A stretch of DNA of 64,000 nt from Bacteroidaceae bacterium (GCA_017548165.1 JAFYMW010000007.1:1720-65719); one strand, 5' to 3'. Shown: positions 1 to 9,928, numbered from the stretch's first letter. The notes: a model not told the origin generated them from the letters alone. Program-made: numbers and translations.

Positions 1-921
1 TGCCAACGATATCTCTCCTGGTTGTGGATTACTGCCACCGCCAACGAGAGCTGTTTGACTGATTGTGTGATGAGGACTACGGAAAGGACGAGTAGCGATG
101 AGCGAACAATGGCGCACACCATCGGCTCCTATGGGCGGAACTTGTAACTTGCCAGCGACACTATGTATCTGTGTGGTTTCCAAACTCTCCTGCAAGGTGA
201 GTGGAGGAAGGATACTGGGCAAACGCTTGGCCATCATGCTTTTGCCACTGCCTGGCGGACCTATCATAATGAGGTTGTGTCCTCCGGCAGCAGCTACCTC
301 TATAGCACGCTTTACGCTATCTTGCCCCTTGACATCGGCAAAATCCAGTTCAAATTCAGTCTGACGCTCGTAGAAATCCTTTCGTGTGTCTATCTGTACT
401 GGTTCAAGATGATGGGTTCCATTAAGAAAACCCACAACCTCTGCCAAATTACTGATACCATAGACCTTGAGCCGATCCACTACAGCTGCCTCTTGAATAT
501 TCTGCATTGGCACGAACAAAGATTCGTAACCCAACGCCCTGGCCTTTATGGCAATGGGAAGAGCACCGCAAATTGGTTGCAAAGAGCCATCAAGACTCAA
601 CTCGCCCACCATCATTATTTTTTCCAAACGGGCAATATCTACCTTCTGCTCTGTAGCAAGTATGCCTACGGCTATTGGCAAATCAAATCCACTACCCACC
701 TTACGCACATTGGCTGGTGCGAGATTTACTGTGATCTGTTTGCAAGGAAAGGAGAACCCACTATTTTCCAATGCTGCCATAATGCGCTCGTGACTCTCCT
801 TGACTGCATTGTCGGGCAGACCAACGAGAACAAAGCGTATGCCTCGCGAACTATTCACCTCTATGGTGACCTGCTGGGCATCCAGACCCTGTACAGATGC
901 ACTATATACTTTGGCAAGCAT
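1..921 (-). CDS. comM: Mg-chelatase-like AAA+ ATPase, YifB/ComM family (first ~307 codons; 3' end lies beyond window start)
   Basis: Not in the ORF track because it is open at the window edge. Reverse-strand reading from ATG (921-919) gives MLAKVYSASVQGLDAQQVTIEVN... A Walker A motif, LIMIGPPGSGKSMMA, is encoded near 220-265. The listed + ORF 163..939 is its antisense shadow. Confidence 0.85.
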   Translation of the reverse strand, partial: MLAKVYSASVQGLDAQQVTIEVNSSRGIRFVLVGLPDNAVKESHERIMAALENSGFSFPCKQITVNLAPANVRKVGSGFDLPIAVGILATEQKVDIARLEKIMMVGELSLDGSLQPICGALPIAIKARALGYESLFVPMQNIQEAAVVDRLKVYGISNLAEVVGFLNGTHHLEPVQIDTRKDFYERQTEFELDFADVKGQDSVKRAIEVAAAGGHNLIMIGPPGSGKSMMAKRLPSILPPLTLQESLETTQIHSVAGKLQVPPIGADGVRHCSLIATRPFRSPHHTISQTALVGGGSNPQPGEISLA

Positions 922-955
922 AGAAAAATAGTTTTTTAAAAGAATGCGTAATTGT

Positions 956-1288
956 TTATTTGAGCAATTCACCAATACGCTCGTCGTAATCAAGGCTATC
1001 GTCCACAAAGAACTTGAGTTCAGGAATGATACGAAGCTGCATACGCACGCGATTGCCCAATTCAAAGCGTACAGACTTTACGTTGGCATTGATATTACCA
1101 ACTATTTCCTCAGCCTTGTCACTAGGAAATACACTCAGATATGCACGACACATACTCATATCTGGGCTGATACGGCAAGCACTTACGCTTACCAACACAC
1201 CACGCATACCGGCGGTCTGCTTTTGAAACATGTCGCTAAGTTCCTTTTGTATTAGTCGGGATATCTTTTGTTGTCTTGTTGTTTCCAT
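956..1288 (-). CDS. rbfA: ribosome-binding factor A
   Basis: 110-aa ORF with full-length RbfA-like sequence (ISPDMSMCRAYLSVFP ... RIIPELKFFVDDSLDY). Confidence 0.9.
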   Translation of the reverse strand: METTRQQKISRLIQKELSDMFQKQTAGMRGVLVSVSACRISPDMSMCRAYLSVFPSDKAEEIVGNINANVKSVRFELGNRVRMQLRIIPELKFFVDDSLDYDERIGELLK

Positions 1289-1316
1289 AAAATAATAATC
1301 TATCTTCTAAACGTTG

Positions 1317-1946
1317 TTATTTTTTTCTTATTATTGTCAATCCATCTCTAAGAGGAAGCATAACCTTTTCCACCCTTGTATCAGTTGCCACCAAATCATT
1401 AAAGCGTTGCACTCCTATGGTTTGCAAATCACTCTCACGCGGTTGCTGAGTTATCCGACCATACCACAAGGTGTTGTCGGCCAAAATATACCCCCCAGGG
1501 CGCAGACGAGGTAAAATCATCTCGTAATACTCCACATACTCACGCTTGTCTGCATCTATAAAAGCCATGTCCCATTCCACGTCCATCTGCGGAACAAGTT
1601 CCTTGGCATCACCAATATGTATGTGCACAAAATGCCCATAGGGACTGCCCTCTATCCATGGACGAGCAAAGTCCTCCATCTCGTCAAAGACCTCAAAAGT
1701 GTGCAGTTCTGCACCCTCGTCCAAACCCTCTGCCATACTGAGAGCTGAGTAACCGCTGAACATTCCCAATTCAAGCACCCTCTGTGGACGAATCATACGG
1801 ACAAGCATCTTGAGCAAACGTCCCTGCAAATGTCCGCTAGCCATCTGACCATAGGAGAGTTTCAACTGCGTATCACGCCAAAGACGATGCAAATACTCGC
1901 CTTCGGGATCAATATGGGACAATATGTATGAATCTAAATCACTCAA
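1317..1946 (-). CDS. class I SAM-dependent O-methyltransferase (family 3, caffeoyl-CoA OMT-like)
   Basis: 209 aa with a SAM-binding block VLELGMFSGYSALSMAEGL and AFIDADKREYVEYYE. The first codon at 1946-1944 is TTG. Confidence 0.8.
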   Translation of the reverse strand: MSDLDSYILSHIDPEGEYLHRLWRDTQLKLSYGQMASGHLQGRLLKMLVRMIRPQRVLELGMFSGYSALSMAEGLDEGAELHTFEVFDEMEDFARPWIEGSPYGHFVHIHIGDAKELVPQMDVEWDMAFIDADKREYVEYYEMILPRLRPGGYILADNTLWYGRITQQPRESDLQTIGVQRFNDLVATDTRVEKVMLPLRDGLTIIRKK

Positions 1947-1995
1947 TGATAATCTCCTTTACTATTATATTTCGTTGCACTATCTATTTCCGATT

Positions 1996-2012
1996 TCAGC
2001 ATTCAGTTTTCA
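1996..2012 (-). repeat. 7-nt periodic stop array TGAAAAC-TGAATGC-TGAAATC starting at the aroQ stop
   Basis: TCA on the + strand at 1996, 2003 and 2010; the last is the aroQ stop codon. Confidence 0.85.
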
Positions 2013-2432
2013 CCTTTCTGCCACCAATGCTTCTATCGCAAGACGGTAACTATTTAATCCAAATCCACATATCACACCCACACATGCCGCACTAATAGCA
2101 CTATGGTGTCGAAATTCCTCGCGCTGATGTACATTACTTATATGAACTTCCACCACAGGAGAGGATATAGCCTTGATCGCATCGTGCAAGGCAATGCTAT
2201 AGTGCGTATAGGCACCTGCATTTAGAACGATGCCATCGCAAGAAAATCCCACTTCATGCAATTTGTTTATCAACTCGCCCTCTACATTACTTTGATAATA
2301 CTCTATCTGGACTTCTGGGTATGCACTACGCAATTCTTGAAGATAGCCATCAAAACCCTTATTACCATAGATTTCTGGTTCTCTCATCCCCAAGAGATTC
2401 AAATTAGGACCATTGATTATTTGGATTCTCAT
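2010..2432 (-). CDS. aroQ: type II 3-dehydroquinate dehydratase
   Basis: 140 aa: MRIQIINGPNLNLLGMREPEIYG ... NAGAYTHYSIALHDA ... EVHISNVHQREEFRHHS. Confidence 0.95.
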   Translation of the reverse strand: MRIQIINGPNLNLLGMREPEIYGNKGFDGYLQELRSAYPEVQIEYYQSNVEGELINKLHEVGFSCDGIVLNAGAYTHYSIALHDAIKAISSPVVEVHISNVHQREEFRHHSAISAACVGVICGFGLNSYRLAIEALVAER

Positions 2433-2456
2433 AATATTTCTTTACTTTTGCGACTT

Positions 2457-2464
2457 CAAAGATA
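2457..2464 (-). promoter_or_regulatory. -7 box TATCTTTG (Bacteroidota TAnnTTTG type) for aroQ
   Basis: Reverse complement of caaagata; 25 nt upstream of the aroQ ATG. It is the last unit of the repeat module 2457-2545. Confidence 0.5.
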
Positions 2465-2587
2465 CGATTAAGCGAGCGAAATACCAAATTTGCGATTAAG
2501 TGAGTGCAGAAAATTCTATTTTTATATGCCGAATGGAAGCAAATTCGACCATGAGGTCAAATATATTTAATAAAATCTGAGCGTGAG

Positions 2588-2595
2588 TACCTTTG
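2588..2595 (+). promoter_or_regulatory. -7 box TACCTTTG for xerD
   Basis: Exact TAnnTTTG in the context GAGTACCTTTGAG. Confidence 0.55.
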
Positions 2596-2608
2596 AGATA
2601 TAGTCTCA

Positions 2609-3583
2609 ATGATACGATTAAGCGAGCAAAAGCAAATTTCACACCTTCCAATGTCCACCATCAGCAACACAGGTAACATTTCCCTAGACATCATCAAGCG
2701 CTACATTCAGTACTTGCGTTTGGAACGTTCGTATAGTAAGAACACCTTGGATGCATACTGCAAAGATTTGCAAAAACTATTCAACTACTATGCCGACAAT
2801 GGAATAGACTACCGCACTGTCACTCTTCATGATTTCGACCTCTTTGCTGGCAGTTTGCGCGATAGCGGCATAGCACCACGCAGTCTCGCACGCATACTCA
2901 GCGGTGTGCGCTCCTTCTACAAATTCCTGGTCTTGGAGAAAGAGATAGAACAAAATCCTACAGAATTATTGGAGTCACCCAAAATAGGACGACGACTGCC
3001 AGAAGTCTTGTCTGTTGAGGAGATTGATAGAATACAATCAGCCATTGACCTAAGCAAGCTAGAAGGTATCAGAGACCATTGCATCATAGAAGTGCTCTAT
3101 AGTTGCGGCTTACGCATAAGCGAACTCACCGAACTACTGATTTCCAATCTTTTTCTTGATGAAGGATTTATGCGTATTCATGGTAAGGGTAACAAGGAAC
3201 GACTTGTACCCATATCAGGTAAAGCCATTAAAGAATTGCGTATGTGGTTAGAAGTCCGCAAGCACATTGACATCCAAAAAGGATTTGATGACCATGTCTT
3301 CGTGTCGCGCACCCGTGGCAAGGCCTTGTCGCGCATATCGCTCTTTGTTTTCATTCAAAGATATGCTGCACAGGCTGGCATCACCAAAGAAATCTCCCCG
3401 CATACCTTCCGACATAGTTTTGCCACACATCTATTGCAAGGCGGAGCCAATCTACGTGCCATACAGGACATGTTGGGACACGAAAGCCTATCAACAACAG
3501 AGATATATATGCATTTGGACACATCACATCTCAGAGAACAAGTTCTTACATGCCACCCGAGAAGCAAGAAGAAAAATAAGTAG
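2609..3583 (+). CDS. xerD: tyrosine recombinase XerD-like (true start probably ATG 2651)
   Basis: The C-terminal catalytic region reads HTFRHSFATHLLQGGANLRAIQDMLGHESLSTTEIYMH. A TACCTTTG box lies at 2588-2595, and codons 1-14 overlap a copy of an intergenic repeat, so the second Met (MSTISN) is favoured. Confidence 0.85.
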   Translation: MIRLSEQKQISHLPMSTISNTGNISLDIIKRYIQYLRLERSYSKNTLDAYCKDLQKLFNYYADNGIDYRTVTLHDFDLFAGSLRDSGIAPRSLARILSGVRSFYKFLVLEKEIEQNPTELLESPKIGRRLPEVLSVEEIDRIQSAIDLSKLEGIRDHCIIEVLYSCGLRISELTELLISNLFLDEGFMRIHGKGNKERLVPISGKAIKELRMWLEVRKHIDIQKGFDDHVFVSRTRGKALSRISLFVFIQRYAAQAGITKEISPHTFRHSFATHLLQGGANLRAIQDMLGHESLSTTEIYMHLDTSHLREQVLTCHPRSKKKNK

Positions 3584-3684
3584 CGAGATGTCAAGAGATT
3601 ATAAAAATTGTGTTTTTTACACTTTTTATGACTTTTTTTACTAGAGCACAATATATAACGTACTGATAATTTGCTTTTTTTTCG

Positions 3685-3692
3685 TACCTTTG
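3685..3692 (+). promoter_or_regulatory. -7 box TACCTTTG for the 3740 lipoprotein gene
   Basis: Context TTTTTTTTCGTACCTTTGCAC; 48 nt upstream of the ATG. Confidence 0.65.
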
Positions 3693-3739
3693 CACGCGGA
3701 ATTAGCATAGATGTAATATAAATCACTATTAAAACAACA

Positions 3740-5425
3740 ATGAAGAAGAACCTCTTTTTATTGATGACCGCTGCAGTTGCAGTTAGTTCATGTGGCAAAC
3801 TGGGTGACTTGAGCGAAGAGAATTTCAAGGTCAACCCCACTCCTCTCGTTGCCGTAGGCGGTGAAGTTCCAGCCACCATCAATGGTATTTTCCCCGAGAA
3901 GTATATGAAGAAGAAGGGTGTTGTCACCGTTATCCCCGTTTTGAAGTATGAAGGTGGCGAAACCGTAGGTCAGAGCGCAACATTCCAAGGTGAGAAAGTT
4001 GAAGGCAATGATACAGAAATAAACTACAAGGTTGGTGGTACCTACACCATGAAGACCAACTTCAAGTACGTTCCTGCAATGCAGAGCAGCGAGTTGTATG
4101 CTCGTTTCGAGGCAAAGTTGGGCAACAAGACTGTGTCCATTCCCGAAGTTAAAATTGGCTACGGTGTACTGTCTACCAGCGAGTTGGTAAAACGTTGTGC
4201 AATCACCGCTAGCACAGCTCCCGATGCATTCCAGCGCGTTATCGAGCAGAAGCAAGAAGCCAGCATCAAGTTCCTCATTGGTCAGGCCAACCTTCGTTCA
4301 AGCGAACTTTCCAACGTCAGCATCCAAGACTTGGTAAAGATCTTGAAGGAAATCAACGACATGCAGGAAGAGCGTGCATTGCAGAACATCGAGGTTAGCG
4401 CATATGCCAGCCCCGACGGCAGCTATGACATGAACGAGCGTCTTGCAGAAAAGCGTCAGGATGTTTCTTCGGCATATTTGAAGAAGGAGCTTAAGAAGAT
4501 AAAGATGGACGTTGACGTTGACACCCGCTTCACCGCAGAGGACTGGGAAGGCTTCCAGCAGCTCATCAGTCAGAGCAAGTTGCAGGACAAGGACGTTATC
4601 CTCCGTGTTCTTTCTATGTATCAGGATCCAGAAGAGCGCGAACAGCAGATTCGTAACATGAGCAGTGTATTCACAGAAATTGCTGAGGGCATCCTACCCG
4701 AATTGCGTCGTGCACGCCTCATCGTCAATTACGAGGTTATCGGTCGTAGCGATGATCAGATTCTTGACCAGTACAAGGAAGATGCAAGCAAACTCAGCAT
4801 TGAGGAACTTATCTATGGTGCCAATATGCTTGTAGAGGACGCAGCAACCCGCAAGCAGTGGTACGAGCAGATTATCAAGCTCTTCCCCAACGATTATCGC
4901 GCATACAACAACTTGGCTCAGATTGCTATCATGGAGGGCAACACAACTGCTGCTCAGGGATGGTTGCAAAAGGCTAAGAATGTAAATAGCAAGGGCGCTG
5001 AGGTAAATGCTAATATGGCTGTTTTGGCTCTTAAGAGCGGTGACGCTGACAAGGCAGAAATCTTGATGAGCCAGGCAAGTGGTAGCAACACCTTCAACGA
5101 GATTCTTGGTAACTTGAACATTGCCAAGGGTAACTACACACAGGCTCAACAGAATTTGGCTGACACACAGACCAATAGTGCTGCTTTGGCAATGATTCTT
5201 AACAACGACTACGCAAGTGCACAAAAGACTCTTGCTGCCGTTAAGACTCCAGATGCGACCACCTCTTACTTGAAGGCTATCTTGGCTGCACGTACCGGCG
5301 ACACAGGTGCTTTGAAGAGCAATCTTAAAGCAGCAGTAACCAGCGATTCTTCATTGAAGGCATATGCTGCCAAGGATTTGGAATTTGCCAAGTACCAGAA
5401 CACTATCGCTGATTTGGTAAAGTAA
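3740..5425 (+). CDS. lipoprotein with a degenerate OmpA-like motif and C-terminal TPR-like repeats
   Basis: Lipobox AVSSC|GKL. AYASPDGSYDMNERLAEKRQDVSSAYL resembles the OmpA-C motif. The Ala/Asn-rich helical repeats at the C-terminus (YNNLAQIAIMEGNTTAAQGWLQKA...) look TPR-like. Confidence 0.6.
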   Translation: MKKNLFLLMTAAVAVSSCGKLGDLSEENFKVNPTPLVAVGGEVPATINGIFPEKYMKKKGVVTVIPVLKYEGGETVGQSATFQGEKVEGNDTEINYKVGGTYTMKTNFKYVPAMQSSELYARFEAKLGNKTVSIPEVKIGYGVLSTSELVKRCAITASTAPDAFQRVIEQKQEASIKFLIGQANLRSSELSNVSIQDLVKILKEINDMQEERALQNIEVSAYASPDGSYDMNERLAEKRQDVSSAYLKKELKKIKMDVDVDTRFTAEDWEGFQQLISQSKLQDKDVILRVLSMYQDPEEREQQIRNMSSVFTEIAEGILPELRRARLIVNYEVIGRSDDQILDQYKEDASKLSIEELIYGANMLVEDAATRKQWYEQIIKLFPNDYRAYNNLAQIAIMEGNTTAAQGWLQKAKNVNSKGAEVNANMAVLALKSGDADKAEILMSQASGSNTFNEILGNLNIAKGNYTQAQQNLADTQTNSAALAMILNNDYASAQKTLAAVKTPDATTSYLKAILAARTGDTGALKSNLKAAVTSDSSLKAYAAKDLEFAKYQNTIADLVK

Positions 5426-5440
5426 TATAAATTTTGAACT

Positions 5441-6394
5441 ATGCGCTATGCATTAAGCATCAAGCATTGCATAATATCATTTTTCACCCTTCTTGTCTTC
5501 ATTTCATGTGGAGGCAAGAAGGGTGAATTGCGTATCACCGGAGAGATTAAAGGACTTAACAACGCTGCACTTACCATATACAGTCGCGACGGAGTATTTC
5601 AGGGCATAGACACACTCCACGTCACACAAGGCAAGATAGACTGGTCGTGTCCATACTCTAAAGTTGGTGGTAGCATTACCATCGTATATCCTACCTTTTC
5701 CACTCTAACCGTTTTTGGTAGTAGCGGTGATGTAATTGTTATTGAAGGAGACGCCAAACAACTCAGTGCAACAAAAGTAAAAGGCAATATAGACAACGAG
5801 GCATACACATTGCTCAGAACACAGATGGACAAGGCCAGCTCTACAACAAAAGATTCTTTGGCCAACGACTTTATAAGCAAGAATCCAGAATCTCCTGTTT
5901 CACGTTTCCTGCAATTAGAAAAACTTGCCAAACAAAAGCCTAATGCCATTAGTGTTGGAGAGAAATTACCAGACTTCTCTCTCGTTACTCGTCAAGGAGA
6001 TACTATAACAACAGACTCTTTTAACAAGAAATACACTCTTATTGCCTTTTGGGCTAATTGGCGTGGAGGCATAGGTACTATGAATACCCGCATACGCCGT
6101 CTGCGCAGACAGGCCAAGGCACCATTGGAATGTATATCTTACAATATGGACGTAAATGCCACTATTTTGGCATACATCGAACGTACAGACACCATCACAT
6201 GGCACAGCTATGCAGACCAACAAGTGTTTCAGTCCCCCCTTGCTTCCAAACTTGGCATAAGAGACATTCCGTATTATATACTGACAGACACCACATCTAC
6301 AATAATTGCTTCTGGTAAAGATTGGAAAACAGACATTGAACCATACCTACCCTTAATAACATCACCACAAGAGGAGGAAGTAAACAAAAAATGA
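5441..6394 (+). CDS. DUF4369-type N-domain + TlpA/AhpC-like thioredoxin-fold lipoprotein lacking the CxxC motif
   Basis: Lipobox FISC|GG. The Trx-fold block reads KYTLIAFWANWRGGIGT where redox-active homologues have FWASWCGPC, followed by IRDIPYYILTD. Confidence 0.7.
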   Translation: MRYALSIKHCIISFFTLLVFISCGGKKGELRITGEIKGLNNAALTIYSRDGVFQGIDTLHVTQGKIDWSCPYSKVGGSITIVYPTFSTLTVFGSSGDVIVIEGDAKQLSATKVKGNIDNEAYTLLRTQMDKASSTTKDSLANDFISKNPESPVSRFLQLEKLAKQKPNAISVGEKLPDFSLVTRQGDTITTDSFNKKYTLIAFWANWRGGIGTMNTRIRRLRRQAKAPLECISYNMDVNATILAYIERTDTITWHSYADQQVFQSPLASKLGIRDIPYYILTDTTSTIIASGKDWKTDIEPYLPLITSPQEEEVNKK

Positions 6395-7596
6395 AATACG
6401 AACTGCTCGTTTCTCGCCGATATCTCTTTTCTAAAAAGAGTCACAACGCTATCAACATAGTTTCTTCAATAGCCGTTGTTGGTGTTGCCGTGGCTACTAT
6501 GGCATTGGCGATTGTGATGAGTGTGTTCAATGGGTTTCAAGGTCTTGTTGCCGACCTATTCACTGGGTTTGATCCAGAACTTCGCATAACACCACGACTA
6601 GGCAATAGCATAGACCTCAGCGAAGAGAAAATAAATAAATTAAGACAAAGCAAATCTGTTGCCGTCTTTACCCCCGTAATGGAAGGACAGGCCTTGGTAA
6701 CAGCCGGCAACATACAAAAAGTAATAATGCTAAAAGGAGTTGACGACAACTTTCTTGAGCAATCCAACATACTTGATGCCCTATATGGTGATGCAGAACC
6801 AATATTGCATCTAGATGTACTGGAATACTGCATACCAGGTCTGACGTTATGCAACCAACTTGGACTTCCCCTTTATTTCGACCAACTACTTCAGGTCTAT
6901 GCCCCCAAGCGTGGTGAACGTGTCAATATGGCCAATCCCAAGGCAAGTTTTAACGTCAATGAACTACAAGCATCCGGACTTGTCTTTAACGTGCATCAAG
7001 CCAAATACGATGCAGAATACATTCTGTGCTCTTTGGGATTTGCACAAAGACTTTTTGAACAAGAAGGACGCGCCTCTGCCCTAGAAGTAAAACTTACTCC
7101 AAATGGTAGTCGTAAGGAAATTGAAACCATCCTCGGCAACGATTTCCATATACAAGATCGCTACGAACAACAAGAGGACGTTTTCCGTATCATGCAGGTA
7201 GAGAAACTCATTTCCTACGCCTTTCTATGCTTTATCTTGCTTGTCGCATGTCTCAATATCATTGGCAGTCTGAATATGCTAATCATTGAAAAACGTGACA
7301 ACATAAAGACACTAATAGCTCTTGGTTCCACCTCTAGTCAGATACGACGAATCTTCATGTCCGAAGGTCTTATGATTATTTTTGGAGGTGCCATAACAGG
7401 TATGATTCTCGGTGTTGTTCTATGTCTGCTTCAGCAACATTTTGGATTCATCAGTATGGGGCAAAGCGAAGGGAGTTTCATAATTGACGCATACCCTGTC
7501 GTTGTACATGCCACAGACCTTATCATCATCCTTATCACAGTCCTCCTACTCGGTACCACCAGCGTGCTTTTTGCAACAAGGAAGACATTTTTATAG
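6391..7596 (+). CDS. FtsX-like ABC transporter permease (LolC/E family)
   Basis: 401 aa with an N-terminal TM, a large periplasmic loop and three C-terminal TMs (LISYAFLCFILLVACLNIIGSLNMLIIEKRDNIKTLIALG). ATGA overlap with the upstream gene at 6391-6394. Confidence 0.85.
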   Translation: MKYELLVSRRYLFSKKSHNAINIVSSIAVVGVAVATMALAIVMSVFNGFQGLVADLFTGFDPELRITPRLGNSIDLSEEKINKLRQSKSVAVFTPVMEGQALVTAGNIQKVIMLKGVDDNFLEQSNILDALYGDAEPILHLDVLEYCIPGLTLCNQLGLPLYFDQLLQVYAPKRGERVNMANPKASFNVNELQASGLVFNVHQAKYDAEYILCSLGFAQRLFEQEGRASALEVKLTPNGSRKEIETILGNDFHIQDRYEQQEDVFRIMQVEKLISYAFLCFILLVACLNIIGSLNMLIIEKRDNIKTLIALGSTSSQIRRIFMSEGLMIIFGGAITGMILGVVLCLLQQHFGFISMGQSEGSFIIDAYPVVVHATDLIIILITVLLLGTTSVLFATRKTFL

Positions 7597-8262
7597 AATA
7601 GGTCATTTTCATAGAGATAATTTAAGACATCGGTTGGACAACCTATGGCTTAAAAGAATGCTCAATGTTGGACTAGGACTTGTTTCTTCCTATATATATG
7701 TGTATTGTTGATACAATCAACAACCTTGTCTTCATGCTACAACATAGCAGTGTTGTTAGTATAACACCATATATTTCTTACTATGACAAGGTGAGAAGTT
7801 AATGCCAACCTATATAAAATACACATAGTATTCAACTTGTATATTTTAATAAGGCGGAATAAATTGTTATACCTTAGCGGATAATAAGGCGGATGATTTT
7901 GCCATAGAATGAACTCGGTGTACAAGTCAGCAAAATATCCATAGGAGTAGTGCGACAGAGACGTTGAAGAATAAACCAATGAAGACCACGGACAAACCAT
8001 AAAATATGGAGTGTTTTGATGCGTTGACACAATTCTATCCTCAGTTGAGGTGCAAAGAATTGGTGGTGGGGATTGACTTCAGAATTGGACTCGAGTAGTA
8101 TAAACTGATAAAATTCCAAGACTGCGGATTGGCTGAGACGTAGACACCAAAAGTCCTTGTGCATTTCCCATAGGCGTACAAGGACAATATCATAAAAATT
8201 CCTGTCGTGATGTGCTAATCTTGATATCCGCATAAATGGACGAGTATTTTCTTTTTAAAAGA

Positions 8263-8296
8263 GTGCTGCCCTCCACCCGAAGGGAGAGAGCAGCAC
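8263..8296 (-). terminator. intrinsic terminator after pckA
   Basis: GTGCTGC...GCAGCAC stem with extension; a T-run follows on the minus strand (TCTTTT). Lies 30 nt after the stop. Confidence 0.7.
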
Positions 8297-8326
8297 ATAT
8301 TATGTTTTAATCTAGAAAGTCTAGGA

Positions 8327-9928
8327 TTACAACTGAGGACCAGCAGCAACGAGAGCCTTACCTGCCTCGTTGGTGGTGTACTTAGCGAAGTTCTTGATGA
8401 AGCGAGCAGCCAAGTCCTTTGCCTTCTCCTCCCACTCAGCAGCAGAAGCGTAAGTGTCGCGAGGATCGAGGATAGCAGGATTTACGTTGGGCAGAGCGGT
8501 GGGAACCTCGAAGTCGAACATAGGAATCTTCTTGGTCTCAGCCTTCAAGATGCTGCCATCGAGAATAGCATCGATGATACCACGTGTATCAGGAATTGAG
8601 ATACGCTTGCCAGTACCATTCCAACCAGTGTTAACCAAGTAAGCCTTAGCGCCAGAAACGTTCATCTTCTTAACCAACTCCTCAGCATACTTTGTGGGGT
8701 GCAACTCCAAGAATGCCTGACCGAAGCAAGCAGAGAAGGTGGGAGTGGGCTCAGTAATACCACGCTCTGTACCTGCCAACTTAGCGGTGAAGCCGCTCAA
8801 GAAGTAGTACTGACACTGCTCGGGAGTCAGGATAGATACGGGAGGCAATACGCCGAATGCATCAGCAGACAAGAAGATAACATTCTTAGCTGCGGGAGCA
8901 GAACCACCGGGCTGGATGTTAGCGATATGGTTGATGGGGTAAGAAACGCGAGTGTTCTCAGTTGCGCTCTTGTCGTTGAAGTCGATAGTACCATCCTCTG
9001 CAACAGTTACGTTCTCGAGAAGAGCGTTGCGCTTGATAGCACCATAGATGTCGGGCTCGTGCTCCTTAGAAAGGCCGATAACCTTAGCGTAGCAACCACC
9101 CTCGAAGTTGAACACACCGTTGTCATCCCAACCGTGCTCGTCATCACCAATAAGACGACGCTTGGGGTCAGTTGACAAAGTGGTCTTACCTGTACCAGAG
9201 AGACCGAAGAAGATAGCGGTGTTCTCACCGTTCATGTCGCAGTTTGCAGAACAGTGCATAGAAGCGATACCCTGGAGAGGCAAGTAGTAGTTCATCATAG
9301 AGAACATACCCTTCTTCATCTCACCACCGTACCATGTGTTGATGATAACCTGCTCGCGGCTGGTAATGTTGAAAGCTACACAAGTCTCAGAGTTGATACC
9401 GAGCTCCTTCCAGTTCTCAACCTTAGCCTTAGAAGCGTTGTAAACAACGAAGTTGGGCTCGAAGTTAGCCAACTCCTCAGCTGTGGGCTGGATGAACATA
9501 TTGGTAACGAAGTGAGCCTGCCAAGCAACCTCAACGATGAAACGAACAGCCATACGGGTGTCGGGGTTTGCACCGCAGAAGCAGTCAACAACATAAAGGT
9601 TCTTGTTAGAAAGCTCGTTCTTAGCGATATCCTTAAGAGCTGCCCAAGCCTCCTCAGTGATGGGCTTGTTGTCGTTCTTGTAATCCTCAGAAGTCCACCA
9701 TACGGTATCCTTTGAGTTCTCATCCATTACGATAAACTTATCCTTAGGTGAACGGCCGGTGTAAACGCCAGTCATTACGTTAACTGCATCCAACTCGGTG
9801 TTCTGACCCTTCTCGTAACCCTGAAGACACTCCTTGGTCTCCTCAGCGAACAACTGCTCATAAGAGGGGTTGTGTGCAATCACGGTAGAACCAGTGATGC
9901 CATACTGTGTCAAATCTAATGTTGCCAT
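8327..9928 (-). CDS. pckA: phosphoenolpyruvate carboxykinase (ATP)
   Basis: 533 aa with the kinase-1a motif [13 protein letters not shown], plus [23 protein letters not shown]. Confidence 0.97.
   Translation of the reverse strand: MATLDLTQYGITGSTVIAHNPSYEQLFAEETKECLQGYEKGQNTELDAVNVMTGVYTGRSPKDKFIVMDENSKDTVWWTSEDYKNDNKPITEEAWAALKDIAKNELSNKNLYVVDCFCGANPDTRMAVRFIVEVAWQAHFVTNMFIQPTAEELANFEPNFVVYNASKAKVENWKELGINSETCVAFNITSREQVIINTWYGGEMKKGMFSMMNYYLPLQGIASMHCSANCDMNGENTAIFFGLSGTGKTTLSTDPKRRLIGDDEHGWDDNGVFNFEGGCYAKVIGLSKEHEPDIYGAIKRNALLENVTVAEDGTIDFNDKSATENTRVSYPINHIANIQPGGSAPAAKNVIFLSADAFGVLPPVSILTPEQCQYYFLSGFTAKLAGTERGITEPTPTFSACFGQAFLELHPTKYAEELVKKMNVSGAKAYLVNTGWNGTGKRISIPDTRGIIDAILDGSILKAETKKIPMFDFEVPTALPNVNPAILDPRDTYASAAEWEEKAKDLAARFIKNFAKYTTNEAGKALVAAGPQL

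Larger units (their letters stand above)
2457..2645 (-). repeat. promoter-module repeat (one full copy 2457-2545, partial copy 2609-2645)
   Basis: The reverse complement of 2457-2545 aligns by hand to 35582-35675 at about 80% identity (76/94), including an 18/18 core TTAATCGCAAATTTGGTA. Confidence 0.8.

Noticed and set aside
163-939. 258-aa + strand ORF at the left edge
   Set aside because: Its sequence is Cys/His/Trp/Tyr-rich with no motifs. The opposite strand encodes a clean ComM/YifB N-terminus with a Walker A motif, so this ORF is an antisense shadow.
2609-3583. The XerD-like recombinase as evidence for an integrated element
   Set aside because: It lies next to aroQ in a housekeeping context and is full-length. 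It has no flanking repeats or cargo genes and is more than 40 kb from the repeat-bracketed cluster.
8296-8315. dif-like XerC/D site (ACATATTATGTTTTAAT resembles the XerD arm TGTATATTATGTTAAAT of E. coli dif)
   Set aside because: The XerC-arm half is missing. The sequence is simply the tail of the pckA terminator region.
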